Shown: positions 8,797 to 24,346 of the stretch, one piece after another
How positions within the stretch are numbered: position 1 is the stretch's first letter
Layout of the letters: the number at the start of each line of letters is the position of its first letter
Notes under the pieces: model-generated
Database searches by the model: none
Told to the model about the DNA's origin: nothing
Seen by the model: only the letters and a program-made list of their open reading frames with translations
Translations under genes and position numbers: made by a program
Source: Methanobacteriota archaeon
GTDB taxonomy: Archaea > Thermoplasmatota > Poseidoniia > Poseidoniales > Poseidoniaceae
Direction: 5' to 3'
Assembly (NCBI GenBank): GCA_002729095.1
Contig: PBWC01000045.1
Location: 108,778 to 172,777 of the forward strand
Length of the DNA stretch: 64,000 bases

Positions 8797-10194
8797 TCAA
8801 GCAGGATTAACACGTAAGCCTTGCATAAATAGAACATCTGGTATGTACATGCTTCCACCTGACACTCTTACATCATCACCAAGGAAAACGCCGCTCTGAA
8901 GTGCTTTTGACATGTTTCCGGAGAGACCAGCCTGCTTAACTGAGCCAATAATTTCACCCTCTTCGACTCTAAGAATCGAACTTGTAGTTACTGAGAAATC
9001 TCCGCTAGTTGGATTTGCTGTATGAGCACCCATTACACTATTTACAATATATCCGGTTTCCATTCTATCTAATAGTTGATGAATATTATTAGGTTTGAGA
9101 GAAGATGTTAATTCAAGATTTGAACAACTTGTAACCGGAGGGCTCTGATGGCCTCCACGGGATGCTGAGCCAGTAGTTTCAGCATGGTCTATTTTTCCTT
9201 CTGAAACTAACTTTGCTGAATCTCTGGTAGACCATAGAGATCCTACCAATTTGCCTGAGTCAATAATTACCTGACTTCTAGTTGGAACTCCTTCTCCATC
9301 TCTCGATGATGAAGAAATACCTCCGTTCATTCTTGCATTATCGGTTAAGGAAAGATCCGAAGCAATCACAGATTGTCCCGCTTTTCCAGACCAAAATGAT
9401 TCCATTCTGGCCAGTCTTTGGCCTTTAATGGCTGATGAAACTACTATTGAAAATAGAGAACCGAGTCCTTCAGAAGTCATTACAACTGGTAAATCTTGAG
9501 CACCTCCCTCGATTTTTATTGGATCCCTAGTCTTTTTAGCCCAATCTACCGAGTTTGCAACACATTTCGGTATCCCATCAATCAATTTCTTACTAGATTC
9601 ACCTTGCCAAGAGCTTGTCAACTGTGAGTTTTCATCTATAGAAACTTGCACTCCAATACCATGAGTAGTAGTTATACCTTGGTGTTCAATACCTTCACTA
9701 GAGGTTAAAACCCCAGCAGTAGCACTAACTCCCAAACCGCCTCCAGTTACCACTGCTCTGCTATCTAAAGACGAAACTTCACTAATTATCGCGTCTGCTT
9801 GTTGTATTAGATCATCTGGACCGACAGAAAGTATTCTTTTGTCGAACAGTCCTTCAACCTGTTTTGCTTCTTGACTACTGGGTAGTACGAATCCATCTAC
9901 TGAGGGTGATACCCTAGCTATTGAAATCGCTTGATTAATGGCATTTTCTGCTGAACCAATATCTGCAAGGTAAGCATAGCCGAATTTACCATCTTCGAGA
10001 ACTCTAATACCATAACCACCGCCACCTCCTCCAGCAGCTAAAGAAATCTTACCAGCCTCAATATCTAGTTCATGCCCATATGATTGTAAAGCTATAATTT
10101 CCCATTGTTGGATATTCTTAACCTTACATATATCAGATATTTTTTTGCTACCTGAAATTAATCTATCCAAAGCATCATCTGGAAGCATTATCAT
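8797..10194 (-). CDS. pmbA: TldE/PmbA family protein
   Basis: DGEGVPT and GAHTANPTSGDFS motifs, lacks HExxH; overlaps the tldD stop. Confidence 0.88.
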   Translation of the reverse strand: MIMLPDDALDRLISGSKKISDICKVKNIQQWEIIALQSYGHELDIEAGKISLAAGGGGGGYGIRVLEDGKFGYAYLADIGSAENAINQAISIARVSPSVDGFVLPSSQEAKQVEGLFDKRILSVGPDDLIQQADAIISEVSSLDSRAVVTGGGLGVSATAGVLTSSEGIEHQGITTTHGIGVQVSIDENSQLTSSWQGESSKKLIDGIPKCVANSVDWAKKTRDPIKIEGGAQDLPVVMTSEGLGSLFSIVVSSAIKGQRLARMESFWSGKAGQSVIASDLSLTDNARMNGGISSSSRDGEGVPTRSQVIIDSGKLVGSLWSTRDSAKLVSEGKIDHAETTGSASRGGHQSPPVTSCSNLELTSSLKPNNIHQLLDRMETGYIVNSVMGAHTANPTSGDFSVTTSSILRVEEGEIIGSVKQAGLSGNMSKALQSGVFLGDDVRVSGGSMYIPDVLFMQGLRVNPA

Positions 10195-11633
10195 CCCACC
10201 AATGCTTCTTTTATCCTCATAATTGGTCCACCATCACCTACAGGCACAGTTTGGCCTTTACCACAAAATCCCGGTGCAGCAAGCCTAGAATCAGTTGTCA
10301 ATCCATCAACATCTTTCAAAATCTGCAAAGTTAGTCCGCTTACACTGACATCCTTCAGAGGTGTGGTGATTGAACCATTTTCAATAAGCCATGCCTCCTG
10401 TGCAGCGAATTGAAATGATCCGCGTCCTGTGTCTACTTGACCACCTCTTGATCCACAGGCATAAACTCCGTACTCAATATCTTCAATCAATTCATCAATA
10501 TCATTATGAGTTCCGCCTCTAATCAAAGTATTTGACATTCTAACAAGTGGGTGGTGAAGGCCATCTTGTGCTCTTGCTCCTGCATTAGGCTCTATACCGA
10601 AATGTTGTGCAGATTCTCGATGATTAAGGTAATCTGTCAATATACCATTTTTAATCAGGCATTTTTCTTTCGTATCAAGGCCTTCATCATCAATTGGATG
10701 TGCCCCATAGCCTCCCCTAATTGTCGGGTCATCGACGACAGTAACAATTTCATTGCCTATTTTTTGTCCCAATTTACCATCTAAGCATGAATCTCCAGCT
10801 GCAACCAAGTCAGCCTCGCATGGATGGCCAAGTGCTTCGTGAATGTACACGCCAGTCAAGTCCCTATCTGCTACTAAAGGCAACTTTCCAGATGGTGACC
10901 TCTCCGCCTTCAACAATCGGATTGCTGAAATTTTTGCACTGTTGCCGAGTTCAGATAAATCACACGCTTCAATAAGTTCAAGTCCACCTTCTCCACCATG
11001 TCTTGTTCTGTAAGAAACAACATCAGAGCCATCCCTTGCAGTTACAGTAGCATTAACAAGAGACCTTTGAAATGACCAAACTCTATTCATTCCTTCACTG
11101 GACATGAATTCTGTATGAATGTGCTCGTCATGCCAACCACAAATTACAGATGCAATTTTACTATCATCACTAGAGTTATCGTGTAATACCTTTAGGTGTT
11201 CTAACTTTTCACTAAGTTCGGTATTTCTTACATCTTTCTTTGGATTCCAGTGAATGGAATCCTCAATAATGGGAACCTCAGCTAATGATACCGGTTTATC
11301 TTTTATTCCTCTTCTTGAAGCAACGGCCCTTGCTAACTTCACTGTCCCCTCTACTTGAAGTGGAATTGAACTGATATCTGTGGTGGAATGAACACCCCAC
11401 GCTCCGTCTGCAAGAATTCGCATCGTTGCTCCCACTTCTTGTCCGGGAATTGCCCTCTCTAGTTGTCCATCGCGAGTAGATACACTTGAATCTGTAATTG
11501 AAACTAGCCTAACTTCAGCGTACTCAGCACCGAATTCTGTAGCTTTATCTAATGCTGATTGGATTTTTTCTTGATCTAAATATCTCCTTCCGTTGTCAAA
11601 TGAAACATCACCTGGAGCCTTAGCAATTACCAT
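10191..11633 (-). CDS. tldD: TldD family metalloprotease
   Basis: HEALGHPCEAD, DDEG, RMSNT, GGQV and CGKGQ motifs. Confidence 0.92.
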   Translation of the reverse strand: MVIAKAPGDVSFDNGRRYLDQEKIQSALDKATEFGAEYAEVRLVSITDSSVSTRDGQLERAIPGQEVGATMRILADGAWGVHSTTDISSIPLQVEGTVKLARAVASRRGIKDKPVSLAEVPIIEDSIHWNPKKDVRNTELSEKLEHLKVLHDNSSDDSKIASVICGWHDEHIHTEFMSSEGMNRVWSFQRSLVNATVTARDGSDVVSYRTRHGGEGGLELIEACDLSELGNSAKISAIRLLKAERSPSGKLPLVADRDLTGVYIHEALGHPCEADLVAAGDSCLDGKLGQKIGNEIVTVVDDPTIRGGYGAHPIDDEGLDTKEKCLIKNGILTDYLNHRESAQHFGIEPNAGARAQDGLHHPLVRMSNTLIRGGTHNDIDELIEDIEYGVYACGSRGGQVDTGRGSFQFAAQEAWLIENGSITTPLKDVSVSGLTLQILKDVDGLTTDSRLAAPGFCGKGQTVPVGDGGPIMRIKEALVG

Positions 11634-11673
11634 GTAGCCATCTAAAAAGCGATAGTGCTTGAACTCTTCTAAT

Positions 11674-12234
11674 CTATGAGTTGAATTCGGAAGAAATTAT
11701 GAATGCAACCAATGAGTCTTCTAAATTTTCAAGATTTAAATTATTCTCATCCAAGCCCAACTTGATTGCATTACTAAGATTCAATTTAGGACTCACATCT
11801 ATTTTTTCAAGATTCAACATGTCGAGAATTTCATTATACTGGGAATCAAATAACTCTCGGAAATCTGATTGAGGATTAACAGAATGATCTGTCAATTTAT
11901 CGCCCTCTGGAAGATAGACCAGCCAACCTTTTGAATCTTCATTCCCTAATCCGGCTTTGGAAAATGCCTCTGAGACGTGATGAGTTCCTGCAAGATATCT
12001 CATAAATTCTGCATCCACACTTCTAGCAAGTTTATTTCCTCTCAGGTGCCTCCTTTCACAACAATGCCATGCAGTCCAAAGTTGGTTATCAGATAAAGCG
12101 ACGTGAAACCCCAACATAACCCACCTATTTGAAGGTCTAATTTTCAAAAATTTTTCAACTATTTTTTCATTGGATAATTCTCTAGAAACCCAACCTATAC
12201 ACGGAAATAATCCCAGTTCCATAATTGAGCCCAA
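11674..12234 (-). CDS. cgi121: KEOPS complex subunit Cgi121
   Basis: ARSVDAEFMRYLAGTHHVSEAFSKAGL resembles the Cgi121 core; it follows hel308, an adjacency seen in other Euryarchaeota. Confidence 0.75.
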   Translation of the reverse strand: MGSIMELGLFPCIGWVSRELSNEKIVEKFLKIRPSNRWVMLGFHVALSDNQLWTAWHCCERRHLRGNKLARSVDAEFMRYLAGTHHVSEAFSKAGLGNEDSKGWLVYLPEGDKLTDHSVNPQSDFRELFDSQYNEILDMLNLEKIDVSPKLNLSNAIKLGLDENNLNLENLEDSLVAFIISSEFNS

Positions 12235-12257
12235 CTAGTTATTTTTATTCAATTATC

Positions 12258-14855
12258 CTATACTTTTTCATCATCCAAAGGTATATCGTCATCACGGACT
12301 TTTTGGGTAAATTGATTCTCAGTTTTACTATTATGCCTTGACACTACTTTGTTAACTTCTTCGAAAATCTTATTCAACAATACAGGACCCCAGCCCCTTA
12401 AATTCAATAATTTATTCTTAATTTTAGAATCCATAGAAAGTACATGATTTGGTGTTCTAATACCAAGATTTGCCATTTCTCGAGCTCTGGAACGTCCTAT
12501 ATTTCTAATATTGACCAAAGTTAGAAGATCCTCTTTACACCCATGCCTAGTTCTCTGGCGAAGAATATCTATTTTCTTGACTATATCGGAAATTTCTGCC
12601 ATATGCTCATCGGAAAATACATCATCTGCAAGAAGTATTTCTCTAGAACCAAGTAGTAACCATGTCGCCAGGTCGACTCTGTGGTGTAAATCACCTGGGC
12701 TAACATCTAAACTTTTCTCTATAGAACGCATGCTTTCTTCATCATTCCATTTTTCAATTAACCAAGCAGATTTTACGTTTCCTAGTAACATTTCGTCATA
12801 ATTGGAATCTGCAAGAAGTTGTTCTTCAACAGAATTTGTTTTGAGCCAAAGTTCAGAATTTATCTCCATATCCTTATTTTTCGCCCACAGGGAAGAAAAA
12901 TCAGGAGTTGTGGTAATTAGGTGTAGTATTCCAAAATTTGTAACCACTGAATCTTTACGGACTTCTCTCCTAACAGCCCTTCTCAATCCGACTCTTAAGA
13001 TTGAAGCTGAAAGAGGATCCAAATACAATTGTGTCACTCTATCTCCGATGATGGTTGATTCATATTTCATAGCAGAAAATTCATTCTTTTGAGCAGAATG
13101 CCAAGCGCCAACATTTGTTAACTCTGTAGCTTTTTTGAACCCGAAACTTGGCTCATTATGCGCTGAATATTTGCTTGTTAAACTAACATTTTCAGCCTCA
13201 TTAGATAACTTCACACCGGTAGTTGTATGTGCAATAGATGCCCATGCAGGCATATCATCATCCCATTCATCTGACAAATCTAATCCTTTGTCGGCTCTTT
13301 TTCCTGCATAAGATTCATCGACACCTAATTTTCTGATAAATCTCTCTTCTACCAACCAGTGTAACATTTCGTCGATTCTATCATTTAGAATATTTTTAGA
13401 TATACTATGTCCTAGAAATGTAGATTCAAAGAAATCTCCAATATCCCCTCTATGTTGTAATCCACCTGTTGAAATTATGGAAAGTAAATGTGTCCTAAGA
13501 GCTGGCTCACTAGCTAATTTTGATGATATTGATTCAATCTCACCAAAGAAATACCTATCACTGACATCATCTGCTATTTCCCAACCATCCGTACCTTTGC
13601 ATAATATCCAAGCTTCACCATAAGCATCATACTTAGGACGTCCTGCTCTTCCAAGCATTTGTCTTACTTCCATTACTGGAAGCGGACGATTCATTCCATC
13701 ATCCCATCTTTTTACATCTCTAACTAAAACTCGTCTAGCTGGAAGATTAACTCCTGCAGCGAGAGTTGGTGTTGCCGATAATGCAATTAACAAGCCGCTC
13801 TTGAATGCTTCTTCGATTGATTTGCGCTGAGTATGGGTTAATCCAGCATGATGAAATGCGACTCCACCGATTATACATTGTGATAATTTCTCACCCATTG
13901 CAGTTTGAGATCTTCCGTCTAAGGATTGCGAAAGTTGTTTCAATTGTTTTAACCTGTCTGGATTTTCTTTTTCTAAAACCTTGTAAACTCTTTTTGATAA
14001 TTTTAATGCCTCCGATTCAGCACTTCTTCGAGTGCCAACAAAAATCAATAATTGACCATCTTGTTGAATTGTATCTTTCAGCACAACCCATGTTGGATGT
14101 GTTTTTGGACCTTCTAAATCTCTTGGCGGATTTAATAGCTCAGGAGAGTCAGAAACTTGCGATGATTGGACCATTCTTGGCTCCAAATGCAGGTCATGAA
14201 ATGTACTGTATTCAAGGGCTACAGGACGCCAGTCCGATTGAATCAAGTCGGCATCTAACCAGTCCGCAAGTTCTTTACAATTACCAACGGTTGCCGATAG
14301 TGCAACTAATTGTGCGTCGGGCCTTAGAAATCTGAGTTTAGTCAAATTTATTTCTAGGGTAGGTCCCCTGGATGAATCGTTCATTAAATGAAATTCATCA
14401 GCCACAACGATAGAAACTCTAGACATTGTTTGTGAATTATTTCTGATTATTGAGTCCAATTTTTCTGAAGTACAAACTAGAATATCGCATTCTTCTATTT
14501 TTTTTGCTTCCGATGATGAATCACCTATTCCCAAACCAACTGTTAGATTTACTGCACTAGCCATAGACTTTAGATCTTCGAATTTTTCGCTTGCAAGTGC
14601 CTTCAAAGGAACAATGTAAACCGCTTTCGTGCCAATTTCATCAACCAGTAATTTTTTCATTATTGCAAGATAGGCAACCAACGATTTTCCAGAAGCCGTA
14701 GGTATAGCGAGAAGAATATTTTTTCCATCAAAAATTGAAGGCATAGCTTGAACCTGAGGGGGGTGTAATTTCTCTATACCCCAACTTTTAGAAAGAAAAT
14801 TAGTTAACTTAGAAGGCAGGTCCAAGCTCGAGATATGCTCTTTCTCGGCCGCCAT
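12258..14855 (-). CDS. hel308: Hel308/Hjm Ski2-like ATP-dependent DNA helicase
   Basis: PTASGKS, DEFH, LSAT, FHHAGL, TPTLAAGVNLPA, QMLGRAGRP and C-terminal HhH. Confidence 0.93.
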   Translation of the reverse strand: MAAEKEHISSLDLPSKLTNFLSKSWGIEKLHPPQVQAMPSIFDGKNILLAIPTASGKSLVAYLAIMKKLLVDEIGTKAVYIVPLKALASEKFEDLKSMASAVNLTVGLGIGDSSSEAKKIEECDILVCTSEKLDSIIRNNSQTMSRVSIVVADEFHLMNDSSRGPTLEINLTKLRFLRPDAQLVALSATVGNCKELADWLDADLIQSDWRPVALEYSTFHDLHLEPRMVQSSQVSDSPELLNPPRDLEGPKTHPTWVVLKDTIQQDGQLLIFVGTRRSAESEALKLSKRVYKVLEKENPDRLKQLKQLSQSLDGRSQTAMGEKLSQCIIGGVAFHHAGLTHTQRKSIEEAFKSGLLIALSATPTLAAGVNLPARRVLVRDVKRWDDGMNRPLPVMEVRQMLGRAGRPKYDAYGEAWILCKGTDGWEIADDVSDRYFFGEIESISSKLASEPALRTHLLSIISTGGLQHRGDIGDFFESTFLGHSISKNILNDRIDEMLHWLVEERFIRKLGVDESYAGKRADKGLDLSDEWDDDMPAWASIAHTTTGVKLSNEAENVSLTSKYSAHNEPSFGFKKATELTNVGAWHSAQKNEFSAMKYESTIIGDRVTQLYLDPLSASILRVGLRRAVRREVRKDSVVTNFGILHLITTTPDFSSLWAKNKDMEINSELWLKTNSVEEQLLADSNYDEMLLGNVKSAWLIEKWNDEESMRSIEKSLDVSPGDLHHRVDLATWLLLGSREILLADDVFSDEHMAEISDIVKKIDILRQRTRHGCKEDLLTLVNIRNIGRSRAREMANLGIRTPNHVLSMDSKIKNKLLNLRGWGPVLLNKIFEEVNKVVSRHNSKTENQFTQKVRDDDIPLDDEKV

Positions 14856-14946
14856 GAAACCACTGTCGCGCCAACAGTCCAAAAGGACAACGCTTCAACG
14901 GGTAATTCCGACACGCATAAGACCCCTCTGCTACTGTCCTATCAAC

Positions 14947-15573
14947 ATGAGCGATGAGATGGACTCTATTATCGAAGACAGACTTTCAGTTTTTGACGAT
15001 GAACCAGACCTAAATGACTGGGTCGAAGTGATGTGCGGTGCAGCTATGGCTGTAATCGGTATTTTTCATTTAGTTCAACCTGGTGAATTAGTTGATCCAG
15101 ATATTATGAGATGGTTTGCTGCCGCAGTAGTAGCTGCAGGTGCTGTTTGGGCTGGCCATGGTTTGAAAGACATGGCAGTAAAAGAAGTTCGACGCTCAAT
15201 AGCAATTCTTGAGTTGTCTGAGATTTCCTCATCGGAAGGGCCAAATCATGGACTTATTAGGGATGTCTTACTTAATCCTGAAGAATACAAAAGTTTCCTA
15301 TTAGAGGCATATAACTCTGCATGGGAAGACGGAATCATTACTGAACAGGAATTAGAGGAATTAAAATCATTCCAGACAGCACTTGGTATTTCAGACGAAG
15401 ATGCTGCCAAGATGAATATAGATGCAGCAATTTCTTCGGCAGCAAAAGATGGCGATATTTCTGAAGATGAAGAATCCATGATTAAGAAAATCGCAGAAGA
15501 TTCAGATATGGACGCTGAAAGTAAGGTTGAAGAAGCAAAATCAAAGGCTAAAAGTAAGTCTAAAAAGAAATGA
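14947..15573 (+). CDS. membrane protein with two TM helices and TerB-like acidic repeats
   Basis: Two hydrophobic helices, then AWEDGIITEQE and AAKDGDISEDE repeats; Lys-rich tail. Confidence 0.65.
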   Translation: MSDEMDSIIEDRLSVFDDEPDLNDWVEVMCGAAMAVIGIFHLVQPGELVDPDIMRWFAAAVVAAGAVWAGHGLKDMAVKEVRRSIAILELSEISSSEGPNHGLIRDVLLNPEEYKSFLLEAYNSAWEDGIITEQELEELKSFQTALGISDEDAAKMNIDAAISSAAKDGDISEDEESMIKKIAEDSDMDAESKVEEAKSKAKSKSKKK

Positions 15574-16104
15574 TCATACTTTTCTATCCTTTAATGTAAC
15601 ATCGCATTGGCGGCATTTGTACCTTCCCATTGAGGCTTTCTTTCTAGGAAAATCTTTGCCGCATTTAGGACAACTCCATATCCATGTCGCATTTTTAAAT
15701 CGTAAAAATTCAGTAAACTCGCTTCCATGCTTAGAGGCTCTATTGCCTGGCCACTGATTTTCCATAAAACGAAATTTGGAATTATGCTCTCTAAAGCCTA
15801 ATGCATGTATATATTCGTGGTGTAGAACAAAAGCAGCATAGGCTTTCCATCTTTCCTGCAATAACTCAGGATGAATATTAATTACTTCAACATCTTTAGG
15901 CTTTAGATTATTTGCATCAGATCCTAATTTCCATCTTGTTACACCATGCCTCTGTGTGGCATTTTTTCTTAGGACTCCAAGTTTTATATCGTTTAATTCT
16001 TGAGTATTGGTTTCATTCCAAACTTCCATATCTAACATCAAGTCTAGAACAAAATTTTTCAAATCATCCAATTTTACACTTTGTTGAGCATTTGGATTAA
16101 CCAT
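15574..16104 (-). CDS. SprT-like zinc metalloprotease with C-terminal Zn ribbon
   Basis: VLHHEYIHALG...H...F plus CPKC...CRQC. Confidence 0.75.
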   Translation of the reverse strand: MVNPNAQQSVKLDDLKNFVLDLMLDMEVWNETNTQELNDIKLGVLRKNATQRHGVTRWKLGSDANNLKPKDVEVINIHPELLQERWKAYAAFVLHHEYIHALGFREHNSKFRFMENQWPGNRASKHGSEFTEFLRFKNATWIWSCPKCGKDFPRKKASMGRYKCRQCDVTLKDRKV

Positions 16105-16112
16105 TAATTTAC

Positions 16113-16580
16113 TCAACTCCACCTATGATATGCAGGATGACCTTCTTTGACGGCAACAAACAATCCACTACCTGTTGCACACACTTTGCCCCCTGCCTCC
16201 AATAATAGTTCAACTTCTACTTTATCTCCTTCAATAGATTTAATTTGACTAGTTATGCAAAGCAACGTATCATTTGGGGTAGGGCGTCGAAGTTTAACCG
16301 AGTAAGATGCCGTAACTGTACATGGCGGATTATCATCTCCACTCTTGTCCATGAGAGCAATTGCTGCAGTCCAATTTCCATGGCAGTCGAGTAATGTTCC
16401 AATTATTCCACCATTTATCATCCCCGGAAATGCTTGGTGATGTTCTTCTGGCATGTATTCTAAGTACAATCCATTTTCTATTCTTGTACTATTGATTCGA
16501 AGACCTTCTTTATTTGCTGGACCGCATCCAAAACAAATCGAGTTTGCAGCATACTTTCGCTGAACTCCTATTTCTTCCAT
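16113..16580 (-). CDS. PaaI family (hot-dog fold) thioesterase
   Basis: CFGCGPANKEGL, HQAFPGMINGGIIGTLLD, VTA...LRRPTP. Confidence 0.85.
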   Translation of the reverse strand: MEEIGVQRKYAANSICFGCGPANKEGLRINSTRIENGLYLEYMPEEHHQAFPGMINGGIIGTLLDCHGNWTAAIALMDKSGDDNPPCTVTASYSVKLRRPTPNDTLLCITSQIKSIEGDKVEVELLLEAGGKVCATGSGLFVAVKEGHPAYHRWS

Positions 16581-16667
16581 GCCTATCCTAACATTTGTCC
16601 GTCTTTCTTTGTTTGTATAGATTGTTTCAATCGCATTGTTCTTGATGAATGAAATATTCGCTTGTAC

Positions 16668-17993
16668 ATGGGTGCCAAGAAACGTGCTGATAAAGCAAAA
16701 GTTCGCGTGGCCCATGAATTGCCAAAGAGAAGACGTATTGCAATTAAAGAAGCATTGGACGCTCATCAGACTGAAGATAGACCAGAGTGGGATCGAAGCG
16801 CTGAGTGGGGTAATATCCGTCTTTACAGGAAAATTATCAAAACCGGAACGATTAGAACAATCTCCTTACCACTGTTAGAAGTAGATTTAGGCGACCCCTG
16901 GCCGATACCTGTAACAGTTATTCACGGTGAAAGACCTGGACCAACAATAACTATACTCGGTGGTATTCATGGCGACGAATTGACTGGTCCTTCAGCATGT
17001 ACTCATTTACTTTCAAATGCTTTTACCGATATTGGGAAACCTTTGGACCCAAAACAAATGGCTGGAACTGTTAGGATTGTCCCCGTAGTTAACCTACCTG
17101 GTTACAGAGCGAAATCAAGATATTTTCCCGATGGTAGAGATCTGAATAGAAATTTTCCTGGGAATTTCAAAACCACTACTACAAGAAGAGTTGCTGCACA
17201 AGTATGGAAATACTTAGTTAAGGATAGTGATGCAATTATTGACTTGCATAGCGCAGCTAAAGGTCGTTCCAATATGCCTCAATTGAGAGCTGATTTAGCT
17301 CATGCAGGTTCGAATATTCTTGCTAAGGCATTTGGAATTGAAATTATTTTAGATTCAAAACCACCATCTGGTTCACTTAGAAAGGCTGCTGTAGAGAATG
17401 ATATACCTTCTATTACTTATGAAGGAGGAGGTGCAAATTTACTAGACAATGAAGCTGTTAAAGTGGCAATTCACGGAGTAACTAATATTCTAAGATCTTT
17501 AAGAATGATACCAGGAAAGCCTAATCGGCCAAGGTTCCGTATGTTAGCTAGCGGTTCTCGTTGGTTAAGAGCTAGCGAAGGTGGTCTGCTAGATATGTTT
17601 GTTACTTCAGGTTCTGTAATGCGAGAAGGTGAAGTAATAGCTACAATTTCTGACCCTGCTACTCCCGGACTTACTGTTGATATTGTAGCACCAGAAGATG
17701 GTTTGTTAGTTGGCGCGGCAACTAACCCGTTTACTGCTAGTGGAATGCCTGTTGGACATTTTCTTCCTGTCTCGAAGCATATATCTCTGCTAGAAGAACA
17801 AATTGATGAAAATGGCAAATTTATTGTTTGTGGTTCTGAAGAAGATGCTGTATGGAGAGAAGAACAAGACATCGATGAAGTTAATGTTGATGGGGAATGG
17901 AGCGGTGGCGGAGTTGATAGTGAATGGATGATTGGAAAATCAAACCAACAAAAGCCTAATTCATTCTCAGATTACGAAGAAGCCGATGCTTAA
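16668..17993 (+). CDS. succinylglutamate desuccinylase/aspartoacylase (AstE/AspA, M14) family protein
   Basis: GGIHGDE, DLNRNFPG, IIDLHS, ITYEGG and a C-terminal barrel domain. Confidence 0.88.
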   Translation: MGAKKRADKAKVRVAHELPKRRRIAIKEALDAHQTEDRPEWDRSAEWGNIRLYRKIIKTGTIRTISLPLLEVDLGDPWPIPVTVIHGERPGPTITILGGIHGDELTGPSACTHLLSNAFTDIGKPLDPKQMAGTVRIVPVVNLPGYRAKSRYFPDGRDLNRNFPGNFKTTTTRRVAAQVWKYLVKDSDAIIDLHSAAKGRSNMPQLRADLAHAGSNILAKAFGIEIILDSKPPSGSLRKAAVENDIPSITYEGGGANLLDNEAVKVAIHGVTNILRSLRMIPGKPNRPRFRMLASGSRWLRASEGGLLDMFVTSGSVMREGEVIATISDPATPGLTVDIVAPEDGLLVGAATNPFTASGMPVGHFLPVSKHISLLEEQIDENGKFIVCGSEEDAVWREEQDIDEVNVDGEWSGGGVDSEWMIGKSNQQKPNSFSDYEEADA

Positions 17994-19243
17994 TTCAAAA
18001 ACTGCTTAACTGCTGCTTCGACTTCTGAATCTTCCATGTTTCTACTTTGGCTTTTTGCTACTTCAAATAAGTGTGCAACCAAATCATCTGAAGCCTCATA
18101 ACCATTCTGCTCTAACCACCAGATGATATTCGACCGACCTGCCATGTGGCCGATTCTAATTACTTGTTTAAGGCCAAAATCACCGGCTGGAACTCCCGAA
18201 TAAACTCTATCCGCAAGCCAATTATCTCCTTTACGCATAGCTTTTATGACCGCTGATGCATGAACTCCTGTTCCTGTCTCAAATGCATCTTCTCCAAATA
18301 CGGGATAATTTCTTGGAAGAGGAACTTCGATATACTTGTTCGCTAATCTAGTATATTCATCTAGATAAGTTAAATCATTATCGATAACACCCATCAATTT
18401 TAAATTGACTAAGGTTTGATCAAGAGGAGCATTTCCTGCCCTTTCTCCAACTCCAAGAGCCGTTCCATGAACTACGTCTGCACCTGCTTCAACTGCAGCA
18501 ATATTATTCGCAACCCCTAATCCTCTATCCTGATGGCCATGCCAATTTACTTCTATATCACTTCGATGATATCCACCATCTTTAATCACTTCTTCATCAA
18601 TGAAATTAAGTAATTTCTTTACTCCATTAGGAGTGACATGTCCACATGTATCACAAACACAAAGTCTTCTAACGCCCAATTCCATGGCTCTTTGGTAAAT
18701 CTTCCTTACATCATCTGGATTTGAACGGGTTGTATCTTCAGTAACAAACATTACTGGCACATCATTTTCTACTGCATAACTTACCGCCTTCTCCATTGTA
18801 GAGATTAATTTATCCATAGTCCACCCTTCTGTATATTGTCTAATTGGACTAGTGCCCAAAAATGCTGATGCTTGTATAGGAATTCCGTGCTTATTCTGCA
18901 TTTCAACCAATGGTTCAATATCATTCATCAAAGTTCTAACTGCAGCACCTGGTCTAATTTGATAGTCGTTTGATGTAATATGGCTGATTAAAGCATCAAT
19001 ATGTTCTCGATGGAATGGGCCTGCTCCAGGGAGTCCTAAATCTACTTTCTGAATTCCTAGTTTTTCCATATAGGATAATAATTCAACTTTCTCTTCAATT
19101 GAGGGATTTCTAGCGCTAGGGCTTTGTAATCCATCTCTTAGGGTCTCATCATCAAACCACACGCCATGAGGGTGATTAGATGGATTTCTATTGAATTCAT
19201 AGTCAATCGTATTCCAATCATAAATCAATGAACGTTCATCCAT
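17990..19243 (-). CDS. LeuA-family (2-isopropylmalate/homocitrate synthase-like) DRE-TIM enzyme lacking the regulatory domain
   Basis: DETLRDGLQ, HGHQDRGLGVAN, GVGERAGN; 417 aa. Confidence 0.85.
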   Translation of the reverse strand: MDERSLIYDWNTIDYEFNRNPSNHPHGVWFDDETLRDGLQSPSARNPSIEEKVELLSYMEKLGIQKVDLGLPGAGPFHREHIDALISHITSNDYQIRPGAAVRTLMNDIEPLVEMQNKHGIPIQASAFLGTSPIRQYTEGWTMDKLISTMEKAVSYAVENDVPVMFVTEDTTRSNPDDVRKIYQRAMELGVRRLCVCDTCGHVTPNGVKKLLNFIDEEVIKDGGYHRSDIEVNWHGHQDRGLGVANNIAAVEAGADVVHGTALGVGERAGNAPLDQTLVNLKLMGVIDNDLTYLDEYTRLANKYIEVPLPRNYPVFGEDAFETGTGVHASAVIKAMRKGDNWLADRVYSGVPAGDFGLKQVIRIGHMAGRSNIIWWLEQNGYEASDDLVAHLFEVAKSQSRNMEDSEVEAAVKQFLN

Positions 19244-19323
19244 AAAATCAACTCAATGGCCAGATTACGCCTCGGCCTAGACAGTGACAAACTGTAATCA
19301 TGTTTCAAGTCGTCGATTTTAGT

Positions 19324-24100
<4,777 letters not shown>

Positions 24101-24346
24101 TTAATGCTGTAATTAGTATGAAATTTACCGCCAGATTTGGCGCAATGCATCGATTCCTCGTCCCCCTCACCCCTACCATTGTTAACCATCATTGAAGGTG
24201 TTTAAAGGTAGTGGAAAAGAAGGCGAAAATATGCATATTTATACAGTCAAATTGACCTTTCAAATTTGATAAAAATGATTATTTTTAATTTAGAGAATTT
24301 TTTTATCAAGCGTGAGCGTTAATAACACCCCCTTTTTGGAGCAAAT

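Noticed and set aside
8797-11633. TldD/TldE as part of a RiPP or microcin cluster
   Set aside because: No precursor peptide or modifying enzymes nearby; the context is housekeeping (cgi121, hel308)
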